Shown here in pieces: positions 16,116-26,469 of a DNA stretch of 64,000 bases. The DNA is from Bacteroidales bacterium UBA1176. Its GTDB lineage: Bacteria > Bacteroidota > Bacteroidia > Bacteroidales > WCHB1-69. The stretch is from the NCBI GenBank assembly GCA_002311645.1, contig DBYW01000034.1, forward strand, positions 43,227 to 107,226, read 5' to 3'. The translations under genes were made by a program, and so were the position numbers. A model generated the notes under the pieces. That model had not been told where the DNA came from. It ran no database searches and worked only from the letters and a program-made list of their open reading frames with translations. Position 1 is the stretch's first letter. Each line of letters starts with the position of its first letter.

Positions 16116-17276
16116 ATGTTACGCAAATCCATCACTTTCTGCCACCAACTGCTGCTGCTCGCCCGACGCTGCGCCAAGAGCCCCGCCCAACGGCTGCACG
16201 TCATCCGCGACTACTGCAAACTGTACCGGCAGAAAGGGCTGACAATGGAGGAGTACGACGAGTTTGAATTCGAAAAACGGTCGGAGCGGTTCCGGGACGA
16301 TTTCCTCGGCAAACACGAGCAGCGCCACTACCTGCGGCTGCTGAATCCCGAGAAATACTACATCCTGATGCGCAACAAGTACCTTACGCACAAAACGTTG
16401 GAAAACACCGGCATACGCAAGGCCCCTTTGTACGCCTACTACCAACCGGAAGGAGTGGTGACCCCCAACGATGAAATCGCCAACGATGTGGCCGGCCTGG
16501 TGCGCATCCTGCGCAACAAAGGGGTGACCGATTGTGTGGTGAAGGCCACCGAAAACTCGCACGGCGAGGGGGTGCGCCTCATCCAGGACATCCAATACGC
16601 AGGCGACGATGCCACCTTCTTGGACCATAACAGCCAAAGAGCATCCTTGTCGGCGATGCTCAAGCGGCAACCTCTTATCTTTGAAAGTGTTATTCATCAA
16701 ACCCGGCAGTTCGCCGCCTTCAATCCCTCCTCGGTGAACACCGTGCGCTTTATGACCGCCTTGTACCCCGACAACGAGGTCAAGATCATCGCCACCTTCA
16801 TCAAGATCGGACGGGCCGGCAGCATTGTGGACAACGCTGGCGACGGCGGCAACGTGGACGTGGCTGTCAACACGGACACGGGCGTGCTCCAATACGCCAT
16901 CCAGTACGACGGCTGGCGGAAAGTCACGGACATCGATTGCCATCCTGACACGCACGCACCCCTGAACGGCGTAGTCATCGAACACTGGGACGAGATCAAA
17001 GCCGAGGTGTGCCGTTTCCAACAGGCGCTCCCCTACTGCCGTGTGGCCGGCTGGGACATCGCCATCACCGACGAGGGGCCGCTCGTCATCGAGGTCAACG
17101 ACCTGTGGGACCGCACAGGGCAATACTTCATCCGCCGCGGTTGGCGCCCCGACATCCGCCAATGCTACCAAGCCTGGGAAAAATTAGTCCAAAAAGGCAC
17201 CATCCCCTACCCCTATTTCGGAAGAATACCGCAACAACTGAGCAACCGGCATCTCCAACATATTATTTCACAATAA
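16116..17276 (+). CDS. ATP-grasp amidoligase, sugar-transfer-associated type (PF14397-like), paralog 1
   Basis: Motifs shared by all three paralogs: ENSHGEGV, SSVNTVRF, IKIGRAGSIVDNAGDGG, VAGWDIAITDEGPLVIEVN. The family assignment is from memory of the Pfam ATPgrasp_ST pattern. Confidence 0.75.
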   Translation: MLRKSITFCHQLLLLARRCAKSPAQRLHVIRDYCKLYRQKGLTMEEYDEFEFEKRSERFRDDFLGKHEQRHYLRLLNPEKYYILMRNKYLTHKTLENTGIRKAPLYAYYQPEGVVTPNDEIANDVAGLVRILRNKGVTDCVVKATENSHGEGVRLIQDIQYAGDDATFLDHNSQRASLSAMLKRQPLIFESVIHQTRQFAAFNPSSVNTVRFMTALYPDNEVKIIATFIKIGRAGSIVDNAGDGGNVDVAVNTDTGVLQYAIQYDGWRKVTDIDCHPDTHAPLNGVVIEHWDEIKAEVCRFQQALPYCRVAGWDIAITDEGPLVIEVNDLWDRTGQYFIRRGWRPDIRQCYQAWEKLVQKGTIPYPYFGRIPQQLSNRHLQHIISQ

Positions 17277-17294
17277 TCTGTCATATCCTTTTCC

Positions 17295-18386
17295 ATGTTG
17301 AAACAAACCATCAAAAAAATCATCGATAAAATCCAGAAGCAGCGGGTCATCCGGTACTTTTACAAGCCTTTGAAGGCCAAGTACGACCGTCTGGAGGGCA
17401 AGAAGACGCTGACGCATGCCCAGAAAAAGGAGATCCGCGCCTTTTACAAGGAGCTCACCGGCGAGCGTATCCCGCTGGTATGGCACAAGTTCCTATACTC
17501 GCGCACCGGCATCTACTCGAAGAAATACCTGCCCACGAGCCTCTACAAGGCCACCCTGCTCTACCGCGCCAACCGCTACGGCTATCGCGACGCCTACGCC
17601 GACAAGAACATGGCGGAGGTCTATCTGCCCGACGTGAAGCATCCGGAAACCCTTCTGAAGAATATGAACGGCTACTTCTATGTAGGCGGCAAGCCTGTGA
17701 CCAAAGAGGAGGCCGTCGCCTTCGCCCAGAACTTGGACGATGTCATCATCAAGCCCTCGTTGGAGAGTCACGGCGACGGCGTGCACCGCCTGACTGTGCG
17801 GGAGGGCGTCACCAATGTGGACGGACTCACCATCGGGAAGCTCTTCGACCGCTACAAGGAGGACTTTCTGATACAGCGCCGAGTCCACCAGCACGAGCGG
17901 ATGAACGCCCTCAACGACTCGTCGGTGAACACCATCCGCATCTTCACCTACCGCAGGGGGATGGAGATCATCGTGCTCTACACCGTCATCCGCATCGGGC
18001 GCGCGGGCAGCGACATCGACAACGAGAGCGCCGGCGGCATCAGCGCCAAAATCAACCCCGACGGCACGCTGGCCCGCTATGCCTTCGGCAACGTAGGCGC
18101 CGACAATGTGGAGAAAACCGACAGCGGCATCACCCTTGAGGGATACGCCGTGCCCTCCTACCACGAGGCCGTGGAGACCGTGAAGCGCCTGCACCTGCAG
18201 TTGCCTTTCTTCAACCTCATCGGCTGGGACGTGGCCATCGAGGAGAGCGGCGAGCCCGTGCTCATCGAGTGGAACATCTGCACTGAGCTGAGCCAGTCGG
18301 CCAACGGTCCCGCCTTCGGCGAACATACGGAAAGCATCATCCGCGAGCTGATGCAGAAACCCAACCATCAAAACCCAAACTGGTAG
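17295..18386 (+). CDS. ATP-grasp amidoligase, paralog 2
   Basis: ESHGDGV, SSVNTIRI, IRIGRAGSDIDNESAGG, IGWDVAIEESGEPVLIEWN. Starts 18 nt after paralog 1. Confidence 0.75.
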   Translation: MLKQTIKKIIDKIQKQRVIRYFYKPLKAKYDRLEGKKTLTHAQKKEIRAFYKELTGERIPLVWHKFLYSRTGIYSKKYLPTSLYKATLLYRANRYGYRDAYADKNMAEVYLPDVKHPETLLKNMNGYFYVGGKPVTKEEAVAFAQNLDDVIIKPSLESHGDGVHRLTVREGVTNVDGLTIGKLFDRYKEDFLIQRRVHQHERMNALNDSSVNTIRIFTYRRGMEIIVLYTVIRIGRAGSDIDNESAGGISAKINPDGTLARYAFGNVGADNVEKTDSGITLEGYAVPSYHEAVETVKRLHLQLPFFNLIGWDVAIEESGEPVLIEWNICTELSQSANGPAFGEHTESIIRELMQKPNHQNPNW

Positions 18387-18388
18387 TT

Positions 18389-19528
18389 ATGGCAAATCAA
18401 TCCGCCCGAAACAGTAACGCACTCTATCACATCTTCAAGCAGACAGCGCTCTACGGGAAGATGCTGCGTTGGGCTTGGTTGCAGGAGACGCGCATCCGCG
18501 AGGAGGAGAAGCGTATTTTCACCCGCGAGGCGCGGCAGCAGTTTGACAAAGGCGTGCCCCACGGCTCGTTTGCCGACTACAAGGATGCTCTGCGCCGCCA
18601 TCGTGTCACCTACCAGGAGTATATGTACGGCTACGAGTACTGGAAACTCGACGAGACGGCGCGCGACGCTTTTGTCTCCCGCTCGGAGATGCAGTGCATC
18701 TACCGCAAGATTGTCACCCGCGAGGTGCGCCAGACCTTCCGCAACAAGACCGCCTTCCTGGAACGCTTCGCCCCCTTTGTGCACCGCGAGTGGCGAATGG
18801 CCGACGGGTGCTCCTTGGAGGAGTTCCGCGCCTTTGTGGAGGCGCACGATGTCATCGCCAAGCCCTTAGACGGTACCTGCGGCGAGGGCATCTTCAAGAT
18901 TTGCGCCGGTGAGGTGAAGGATTGGGGCGTCCTGTTTGCCCGTTGTCGCGACCGGCACCTGTTGTTAGAGGAGTGTGTGCGGGCCTGCGAGCCCATAGAG
19001 CGGTTTCATCCCGCCTCGCTCAACACCATCCGCGTAGTCACGCTTTCCCAAGGCGACAAGTTCACCGTGTTCGGGGCCCTGTTGCGGATGGGCGCGGGCG
19101 GCAGCGTCATCGACAACACCCATGCCGGCGGCGTCTTCGCCCCCATTAATCCCGAGACGGGGTGCATTGACACACCCGCCATCGACGCACACAACCACCG
19201 TTACGAGCGCCATCCCGACACGGACATTCCCATTGTGGGTTTCACCATCCCTTGTTGGGACCAAATTGTGGAAACTTGCCGCCAAGCTGCCTTAGTGATG
19301 CCCGACCTCCGTTTTGCGGGCTGGGACCTCTGTCCGCTCGCCGACGGCCGCATTGAGCTCATTGAGGGCAACCACGCCCCCGACTTCGACGGCGGACTGC
19401 AGGCCCCCCTCAAGGTCGGCGTCAAGCAGAAACTGCAAAATGCCGCCCAAGACATCTTTGGCATCAATGTACTCGAACTCATCAAAACCAACAGCATCAC
19501 CTACAACCACTACGAAGGAATGCTATAA
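18389..19528 (+). CDS. ATP-grasp amidoligase, paralog 3
   Basis: GTCGEGI, ASLNTIRV, LRMGAGGSVIDNTHAGG, FAGWDLCPLADGRIELIEGN. Starts 2 nt after paralog 2. Confidence 0.75.
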   Translation: MANQSARNSNALYHIFKQTALYGKMLRWAWLQETRIREEEKRIFTREARQQFDKGVPHGSFADYKDALRRHRVTYQEYMYGYEYWKLDETARDAFVSRSEMQCIYRKIVTREVRQTFRNKTAFLERFAPFVHREWRMADGCSLEEFRAFVEAHDVIAKPLDGTCGEGIFKICAGEVKDWGVLFARCRDRHLLLEECVRACEPIERFHPASLNTIRVVTLSQGDKFTVFGALLRMGAGGSVIDNTHAGGVFAPINPETGCIDTPAIDAHNHRYERHPDTDIPIVGFTIPCWDQIVETCRQAALVMPDLRFAGWDLCPLADGRIELIEGNHAPDFDGGLQAPLKVGVKQKLQNAAQDIFGINVLELIKTNSITYNHYEGML

Positions 19529-19551
19529 ACGTAAAAAATAAAAACAACAAA

Positions 19552-20565
19552 ATGAAGATATTAGTCACCGGAGGCGCCGGTTTCATTGGCTCCCACACCA
19601 TCGTAGAGCTCTATCACGCCGGACATGACGTGGTGGTGGTGGACAACCTGTGCAATTCCAGCCGCGAGTCCCTGAAGCGAGTGGCCGAGTTGGTGGGGGT
19701 GGCGGAAATCCCCTTCTTTGAGGCGGACATCCGCGACCGTTCGGCCCTCGACCACGTGCTGACGGAGCATCCCTGCGAGGCCTGCATCCACTTTGCGGGA
19801 CTGAAGGCCGTAGGCGAATCGGTGACCAAGCCGTGGGAGTATTACGAAAACAACGTCAGCGGCACACTGGTTTTGCTCGACGTATTGCGGCAGCATCATT
19901 GCTGCAACCTCATCTTCTCCTCTTCCGCCACAGTCTATGGCGACCCGGCGGAGGTGCCCATCACGGAAGCGTGCCCCAAGGGCCGTTGTGCCAGCCCTTA
20001 CGGACAGACCAAGAGTATGGTGGAAGAGATTTTGATGGATATGCAAAAGGCCGACCCCTTATGGAACATTGTCCTGTTGCGCTATTTCAACCCCGTCGGC
20101 GCGCATCCCTCCGGACAGATTGGGGAAAACCCCAACGGCATTCCCAACAACCTGATGCCCTATATCACGCAAGTGGCCATCGGCAAGCGACCTCAGCTGG
20201 GCATCTTCGGCAACGATTATGACACGCCCGACGGCACAGGCGTACGCGACTATATCCACGTGGTGGACCTCGCCCGCGGCCACGTGGCAGCCCTCACCGC
20301 CATTGAACGGAAGTGTGGACTGGCCATCTACAACCTCGGCACCGGACAGGGCTACTCAGTGCTGGATGTGGTGAAGGCCTTTGAGAAGAGCACCGGCATC
20401 CCCATCCCATATCATTTCGAACCCCGTCGTCCCGGTGACATCGACTCTTATTTTTCCAACCCCGCCAAAGCCGCCCGCGAGCTGCACTGGACCGCCCAAT
20501 ACGGACTGGAGGATATGTGCCGCGACTCCTGGAACTGGCAAAAACAAAACCCCGAAGGATTTTAA
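19552..20565 (+). CDS. galE: UDP-glucose 4-epimerase
   Basis: MKILVTGGAGFIGSH Rossmann motif, SPYGQTK (YxxxK), and full-length similarity to GalE by eye. Confidence 0.93.
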   Translation: MKILVTGGAGFIGSHTIVELYHAGHDVVVVDNLCNSSRESLKRVAELVGVAEIPFFEADIRDRSALDHVLTEHPCEACIHFAGLKAVGESVTKPWEYYENNVSGTLVLLDVLRQHHCCNLIFSSSATVYGDPAEVPITEACPKGRCASPYGQTKSMVEEILMDMQKADPLWNIVLLRYFNPVGAHPSGQIGENPNGIPNNLMPYITQVAIGKRPQLGIFGNDYDTPDGTGVRDYIHVVDLARGHVAALTAIERKCGLAIYNLGTGQGYSVLDVVKAFEKSTGIPIPYHFEPRRPGDIDSYFSNPAKAARELHWTAQYGLEDMCRDSWNWQKQNPEGF

Positions 20566-20596
20566 CCGTAAAAATATAACCGAATAACCCATAACA

Positions 20597-21874
20597 ATGA
20601 AATCTACCAAAATCGCCGTCATCGGCCTCGGATATGTCGGGCTGCCGCTGGCACGCCTGTTTTCCACCAAATTCCCCACCGTGGGCTTCGACTTGAACCA
20701 AGCCCGCGTGGACGCCCTTATGGCAGGACACGACGCCACCTTGGAGGTGGACGACACCTTGCTGCAAGAGGCCATCTCCAAACACGGATTCCGCTGCACC
20801 ACCTGTCTGGACGACATCCGCGACTGCAATTTCTACGTGGTGGCCGTGCCCACCCCTGTCGATGAGAACAACCGTCCTGACCTGAAACCCTTGTGGGGCG
20901 CGTCGGAGACTGTAGGCAAGGTCATCTCCAAGGGCGATGTCGTGGTCTACGAGAGTACCGTCTATCCCGGCGTCACCGAGGAGGAATGCCTCCCCGTCGT
21001 GGAGAAAACCAGCGGACTCACTTTCAACACCGACTTCTTCGCCGGATACAGTCCCGAGCGTATCAACCCGGGCGACAAGCAGCACACCGTCGAAAAAATC
21101 CGGAAGGTCACGTCCGGCTCCACGCCCGAAATCGCGGATTATGTGGACGAAGTCTACAACTCCGTCTTGGTGAACGGCACGCACAAGGCCCCCTCCATCA
21201 AGGTGGCCGAGGCCTCCAAGATCATCGAAAACTCGCAGCGCGACGTGAACATCGCCTTCATGAACGAGTTGGCCAAGATCTTCAACGCCATGGGCATCGA
21301 CACGCACGATGTCATCGAGGCCGCCGCCTCCAAGTGGAACTTCATCAAACTCAGTCCCGGACTGGTGGGCGGCCACTGCATCAGCGTCGATCCCTACTAC
21401 CTCATCCAGAAGGCCCAAGTGTATGGCGTGCTGCCCCGCGTGATGAGCAACGCCCGCCGCCTCAACGATGGCATGGGCGCATACGTGGCCAACCAGACCG
21501 TCAAATGCATGAACAAGAAGGGCGTGATGGTCAAGGACGCGAAGATTCTCATCCTCGGCGTCACCTTCAAGGAGAACTGCCCCGACATCCGCAACACCAA
21601 GGTCGTCGACATCTACCACACCCTCGCCGAATACACAAACAACATCACCATTTACGACCCTTGGGCAGACAGCGAGAAAGTTCGAGAAGAGTATGGGATT
21701 GAAATTCATAATTCACAATGCAGAATGCAGAATGGAGAGTATGATGCTGTGATATTGGCAGTAGCGCACAAGGAGTTTTTGGATATGGACATCCGCTCTC
21801 TTGTCCGGAAGGGCGGTGTCGTATATGACGTCAAGGGCATCCTGCCCCGCGACATCATCGATTCAAGACTGTAA
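20597..21874 (+). CDS. Nucleotide-sugar 6-dehydrogenase of the TviB/WbpO/CapL type (UDP-HexNAc dehydrogenase family)
   Basis: KIAVIGLGYVGLPLA Rossmann motif, catalytic-Cys motif LVGGHCISVDPYYL, ~425 aa length. Confidence 0.88.
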   Translation: MKSTKIAVIGLGYVGLPLARLFSTKFPTVGFDLNQARVDALMAGHDATLEVDDTLLQEAISKHGFRCTTCLDDIRDCNFYVVAVPTPVDENNRPDLKPLWGASETVGKVISKGDVVVYESTVYPGVTEEECLPVVEKTSGLTFNTDFFAGYSPERINPGDKQHTVEKIRKVTSGSTPEIADYVDEVYNSVLVNGTHKAPSIKVAEASKIIENSQRDVNIAFMNELAKIFNAMGIDTHDVIEAAASKWNFIKLSPGLVGGHCISVDPYYLIQKAQVYGVLPRVMSNARRLNDGMGAYVANQTVKCMNKKGVMVKDAKILILGVTFKENCPDIRNTKVVDIYHTLAEYTNNITIYDPWADSEKVREEYGIEIHNSQCRMQNGEYDAVILAVAHKEFLDMDIRSLVRKGGVVYDVKGILPRDIIDSRL

Positions 21875-21894
21875 CTCTATCTTGTCAAAACCTA

Positions 21895-23364
21895 TTGATC
21901 TTAATGTTAAAAAAAATCCTCATTATCATCTTTACAACGACTTTCTCCATAGCATACGGACAAGAGCAAAAAACACCCATTTCTCCTTGTTCATTCGGAA
22001 TGGAGGAAGCCAAGACCGACATTGAGCGCTTCTATGCGCTCTACAACACCCACGTGGCCGCCATAGAGCAGGGGGTCGATGTGGACTACGACGGCATCGA
22101 CCGGCTTAACATCGAGATCCCTGCCGACGCCAAGCCTATCCCGCTCACCTCATACAACATCTTCCACAGCTTGGTTCTGAACGTCAGGAACAACAGCAAA
22201 AACTTCTATCTTTTTCGCTTGTCCCAGCCAACAGACAGCATTGATGTGTCGAAAGAACAGATCGACGGAGGAGATTTCGGAACGGTAAAAGAACTGCGCA
22301 CAGGCAAGTTTCTCGTAGTCCTGCAAGACAACCGCCTTTGGGTGGACCAACGTCAGGGCTACAAATACGGACATACCCGCAAGGACATACTCCTGATAGA
22401 GGACGGCAAGGCTGCGAACCAGCCCATCATGCCTTACAACACCCCGGAAACACAACCTGCGGTGAGTTACTGTCCCGTCACGGACGACTTCAAAGTGATT
22501 TCCGACATCGTCATCAACCGTACCCCTGACTCGAAATTCAAAACCTATTGTTTCGATGTCAAAAACCAATACAATGTCGAGTTGTGCGACATCATCATCA
22601 ACACCCCGAAAAGTGAGCTTGTCGCCGATAACGCCATTCGCATCACCAACTGTGCCGATGTCACGCTTGAATATGTTAAAATCAACGAAACATACTCGCG
22701 CAAGGACTATTACGGCTACGGCATCCTGATGGACAACGTTTGGGATTCGAAAATCAGAAACCTCACCTCCCATTCTGACTGGGGCATCTTCGGCACCAAC
22801 AACATTAGCGAGGCCCTATTGGAGAATTGCAATATAAACCGCTACGACATACACTGTTACGGAAGAAATGCAACCATCAGAAATTGCACTTTCGACAATC
22901 TCTACAACCAATTCTCCTCCATGTACGGTCAACTTAAATTCGAGCGTTGCATCTTCAACAAACATATACCTGTACTCATCGAGTCCACCTACAATGCCTA
23001 TACTCCTTTCGATATCGAGTTCGACCGATGTGTCTTCAACATCAATGGCCGGTGCAACTATTTAGTGGATGCCCGCACACTGTCCGACATACGCAACAGC
23101 CGCCCTGAGGTGGCCGACAAGAACCTGCCCAACATCACGCTCAACAATTGTATCGTCAATCTCTTCGAAAATACCAACCGCCTGTACATGTTTCATTTCA
23201 CCCACGTCCATTACACGGACACCGTGGGGTATTTGGAACAAATCTATATCGACAATCTGAAAGTCCATGGCGGGAAAGTCGTACTCAAAGTGGGCAACAA
23301 GGACTTCAAGCACAACAAGCTCACATTTCCCATGTACAATCAGGAGGTGGGCGATAAGAAATAG
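21895..23364 (+). CDS. Secreted protein with parallel beta-helix-like repeats, function unknown
   Basis: Signal peptide MILMLKKILIIIFTTTFSIAYGQ. Repeated N-C-x-(I/V) turns: ITNCADVTLEYVKIN, LENCNINRYDIHCYGRNATIRNCTF, LNNCIVNL. Confidence 0.6.
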   Translation: MILMLKKILIIIFTTTFSIAYGQEQKTPISPCSFGMEEAKTDIERFYALYNTHVAAIEQGVDVDYDGIDRLNIEIPADAKPIPLTSYNIFHSLVLNVRNNSKNFYLFRLSQPTDSIDVSKEQIDGGDFGTVKELRTGKFLVVLQDNRLWVDQRQGYKYGHTRKDILLIEDGKAANQPIMPYNTPETQPAVSYCPVTDDFKVISDIVINRTPDSKFKTYCFDVKNQYNVELCDIIINTPKSELVADNAIRITNCADVTLEYVKINETYSRKDYYGYGILMDNVWDSKIRNLTSHSDWGIFGTNNISEALLENCNINRYDIHCYGRNATIRNCTFDNLYNQFSSMYGQLKFERCIFNKHIPVLIESTYNAYTPFDIEFDRCVFNINGRCNYLVDARTLSDIRNSRPEVADKNLPNITLNNCIVNLFENTNRLYMFHFTHVHYTDTVGYLEQIYIDNLKVHGGKVVLKVGNKDFKHNKLTFPMYNQEVGDKK

Positions 23365-23463
23365 GAATTAATGGTTGTTAAAAAGAGTTAAAAAGAATTC
23401 TTGGAAGATTTTTCCTTGTTCTTTTTTTTACTTTTGCCTTTTTTATCAAAATATAAGCCGTAT

Positions 23464-25662
23464 ATGGATAAAGTTACAATACTTTCTTACGATCGCATCT
23501 ACAAAAACTTTATTGAGGACAAATATCTCCATGGGTATGACGAATACTATTTCCGAAACCAGCAGGTGAAGATCCCCGAGGGGGGCTGGCGTCATCTGCG
23601 GTCCGACGAGGTGGAGGATTTGGTGAAGAACGCCAACACGGCCACCAACTGGGACGACATCTGGGTGACGGATGATTTTGACACCAGCATGGTGATGAAC
23701 AACCGTTTCTTCGGGATGGTGCGCATCGGGCGCATCCGCAACGAGATTCTGCAATATCACGACCTGCGCATCCCCGTGGGCATCACGGGCAGCAGCATCG
23801 TATCGTGCGACATTGGCGACGACGCGGCCATCCACGACGTGCACTATATGGCCAACTACATCATCGGCGACCGTTGCATCCTCTTCAACATCCAGGAGCT
23901 CTCCACCACCGACCACTCCAAATTTGGGAACGGCATTCTGAAAGAGGGTGAGCCTGAAGAAGTTCGGGTCTGGTTAGAGGTGATGAACGAGGTTGGTGGA
24001 CGAGGCATCCTGCCCTTCGACGGCATGATCACCTCCGATGCGTATCTATGGGCCAAATACCGCGATGACAAAAAATTGCAGGAGCGTCTGTTTGAGATAA
24101 CGCAAAACGCCTTCGACAACCGCCGAGGCTATTACGGCACCATTGACGAGGGGTGTGTCATCAAGAACTGCTGGATCCTCAAGGATGCCAAGATTGGGCC
24201 GTGCGCCTACATCAAAGGGGCCTCGAAGTTGAAGAATGTGACTATTAACTCTTCGGAGGAGGAGCCAACGCAAATTGGTGAAGGAGTCATTTTGGTCAAC
24301 GGCATCACCGGCTACGGCTGTCATATTTTCTACTCCGTGGTGGGTACTCGCTTCGTGTTGGGCGATAACTGCAACCTTAAATACGGTGCGCGCGTCATCT
24401 ATTCGGTATTGGGCGACAACTCGACCATCTCTTGCTGCGAGGTCCTCAACAACCTCATCTTCCCCTCGCATGAGCAGCACCATAACAACTCGTTCCTCAT
24501 CTCGGCCTGCGTGATGGGACAGAGCAACATGGCCGCCGGCGCCACCATCGGCTCCAACCACAACAGCCGCGCCACGGATGGTGAAATCGTTGCCAACCGA
24601 GGCTTCTGGCCCGGCCTCTGCTCCTCTGTGAAGCATTCCTCCAAGTTCGCCTCCTTTACGCTCCTCTCCAAGGCCGACTACCCCAACGAACTCAACATCA
24701 TGCTTCCCTTCAGCTTGGTGAGCAACGACACCGCGCATGACGAGCTTCATGTCATGCCCGCCTACTGGTGGATGTACAACATGTACGCCATCGCGCGCAA
24801 CACCTCCAAATACCAGAAACGCGACAAGCGCAAGCGCCGCATCCAGCACATCGAGTTCGAAACCTTCGCCCCCGACACCATGGAGGAGGCCATCGAGGCC
24901 CGCAAACTTCTGGAGGCATGGACAGGCAAAGCGCTCCTGCGCGCGCAAGGGGACTCCTGCGACAACCTCTCCATGGAAGAGCTGCGCATGGTTGGCCGCA
25001 AGCTGCTGAACAATGACCCCGAGGCCGCCAAGAGGCTGGAGGTGTTCGGCGAGAACATGGAACATGGCAAACGCAAGGTGCGCATTCTCAAGCACTGCGA
25101 AGCCTATCACGCATACGGTGACATGCTGCTCTACTACGGTGTCAAGAACATGGTGAAATATATGGACGAGCACCCAGGCATCACACTCGAGGTCCTCTGC
25201 GACATGCTGCGGAGCAAGGAACAGCGCGAGTGGGTCAATTTGGGCGGACAGTTGGTGAACGGCGACGATGTGGACGCCCTGCGCCATGACATCAATCACG
25301 GCATTCTCAACACCTGGACCGACATCCACCGCCGCTATGATGAAATCTGGGAGCGCTACCCGCTCGAGAAGCTTCGCCATGCCTTCTCTTCCCTGCGGTT
25401 CCTCTATCATGAAAAATATGGCATAATGACGCGGGAACTTTGGGTGAAATTGCTCCAGAAGGCCGCCGATGTGCAGCAATTCATTTGCGACCAAGTATAT
25501 ATCTCCCGAAAGAAGGACTACGACAACCCCTTCCGCAACGCCACTTTCCGCAATGAGGAGGAGAAAATCGCCGTCATCGGCGAACTGGATGAAGTGAGCT
25601 TCGTCAAACAAATCCGGGAAGAGACGGAAAAGAACATCCAGTTGTTTAAGAAGTATATGTAA
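23464..25662 (+). CDS. Conserved Bacteroidota protein with hexapeptide-like repeats (DUF4954-like, assigned from memory)
   Basis: ORF 23401..25662 with the start moved to MDKVTILSY. A TACTTTTG box lies at 23429-23436. The long ORF has the codon style of neighbouring core genes and lies immediately upstream of nagB. Confidence 0.6.
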   Translation: MDKVTILSYDRIYKNFIEDKYLHGYDEYYFRNQQVKIPEGGWRHLRSDEVEDLVKNANTATNWDDIWVTDDFDTSMVMNNRFFGMVRIGRIRNEILQYHDLRIPVGITGSSIVSCDIGDDAAIHDVHYMANYIIGDRCILFNIQELSTTDHSKFGNGILKEGEPEEVRVWLEVMNEVGGRGILPFDGMITSDAYLWAKYRDDKKLQERLFEITQNAFDNRRGYYGTIDEGCVIKNCWILKDAKIGPCAYIKGASKLKNVTINSSEEEPTQIGEGVILVNGITGYGCHIFYSVVGTRFVLGDNCNLKYGARVIYSVLGDNSTISCCEVLNNLIFPSHEQHHNNSFLISACVMGQSNMAAGATIGSNHNSRATDGEIVANRGFWPGLCSSVKHSSKFASFTLLSKADYPNELNIMLPFSLVSNDTAHDELHVMPAYWWMYNMYAIARNTSKYQKRDKRKRRIQHIEFETFAPDTMEEAIEARKLLEAWTGKALLRAQGDSCDNLSMEELRMVGRKLLNNDPEAAKRLEVFGENMEHGKRKVRILKHCEAYHAYGDMLLYYGVKNMVKYMDEHPGITLEVLCDMLRSKEQREWVNLGGQLVNGDDVDALRHDINHGILNTWTDIHRRYDEIWERYPLEKLRHAFSSLRFLYHEKYGIMTRELWVKLLQKAADVQQFICDQVYISRKKDYDNPFRNATFRNEEEKIAVIGELDEVSFVKQIREETEKNIQLFKKYM

Positions 25663-25677
25663 TTAAATATCAATAAT

Positions 25678-26469
25678 ATGCGAGTTATCATTGAAAAAAA
25701 CTACGAGGAGATGTCGCGTTGGGCTGCCAATCACATCGTCGAACGCATCAAAGCCTTCAACCCCACAGAGAAGAAACCCTTCGTATTGGGACTGCCCACC
25801 GGCTCCACACCCATCGGCACCTACCGCGAATTAGTGCGCCTGCATCAGGAGGGAAAGATCTCTTTCAAGAACGTGGTCACCTTCAATATGGACGAATACG
25901 TCAACATCGCGGAAGACCATCCTGAGAGCTACCACAGCTTCATGTGGAACAACTTCTTCCGTCACATCGACATCCTCAAAGACAATGTCAACATCTTGAA
26001 CGGCAACGCTAAGAACTTAGAGTCGGAGTGCGCCCGCTATGAGGCCAAGATCCAGTCGTACGGGGGCATCGACCTCTTTATGGGCGGCATCGGCCCCGAC
26101 GGGCACATCGCCTTCAACGAGCCGGGCTCGTCGCTGACCTCCCGCACGCGCGTGAAGACCTTGACCACCGATACCATCATCGCCAACTCCCGCTTCTTCG
26201 ACAACGACGTGAACAAGGTGCCCAAGACCGCCCTCACGGTCGGTGTGGGCACGGTGATGGACGCCCGCGAGGTGATGATCCTGGCCAACGGACACAACAA
26301 GGCCCGCGCCCTGGCGCACGCCATCGAGGGCGCCGTCAGCCAAATGTGGACTGTCAGCGTGCTGCAAATGCACCCCAAGGGCATCATCGTCTGCGACGAT
26401 GCCGCCTGCGACGAGATGACTTACGGCACCGTCAAGTATTTCAAGGATATCGAAAAGGAGAACCTGTGA
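25678..26469 (+). CDS. nagB: Glucosamine-6-phosphate deaminase
   Basis: [36 protein letters not shown]. Confidence 0.95.
   Translation: MRVIIEKNYEEMSRWAANHIVERIKAFNPTEKKPFVLGLPTGSTPIGTYRELVRLHQEGKISFKNVVTFNMDEYVNIAEDHPESYHSFMWNNFFRHIDILKDNVNILNGNAKNLESECARYEAKIQSYGGIDLFMGGIGPDGHIAFNEPGSSLTSRTRVKTLTTDTIIANSRFFDNDVNKVPKTALTVGVGTVMDAREVMILANGHNKARALAHAIEGAVSQMWTVSVLQMHPKGIIVCDDAACDEMTYGTVKYFKDIEKENL

Noticed and set aside
15401-25611. Long antisense ORFs over the ATP-grasp, galE, dehydrogenase and DUF4954-like genes (16119..17171 -, 17493..18371 -, 20294..21709 -, 24046..25611 -, and others)
   Set aside because: These are the same GC-rich shadow effect. The sense frames carry recognisable family motifs and tight operon spacing.
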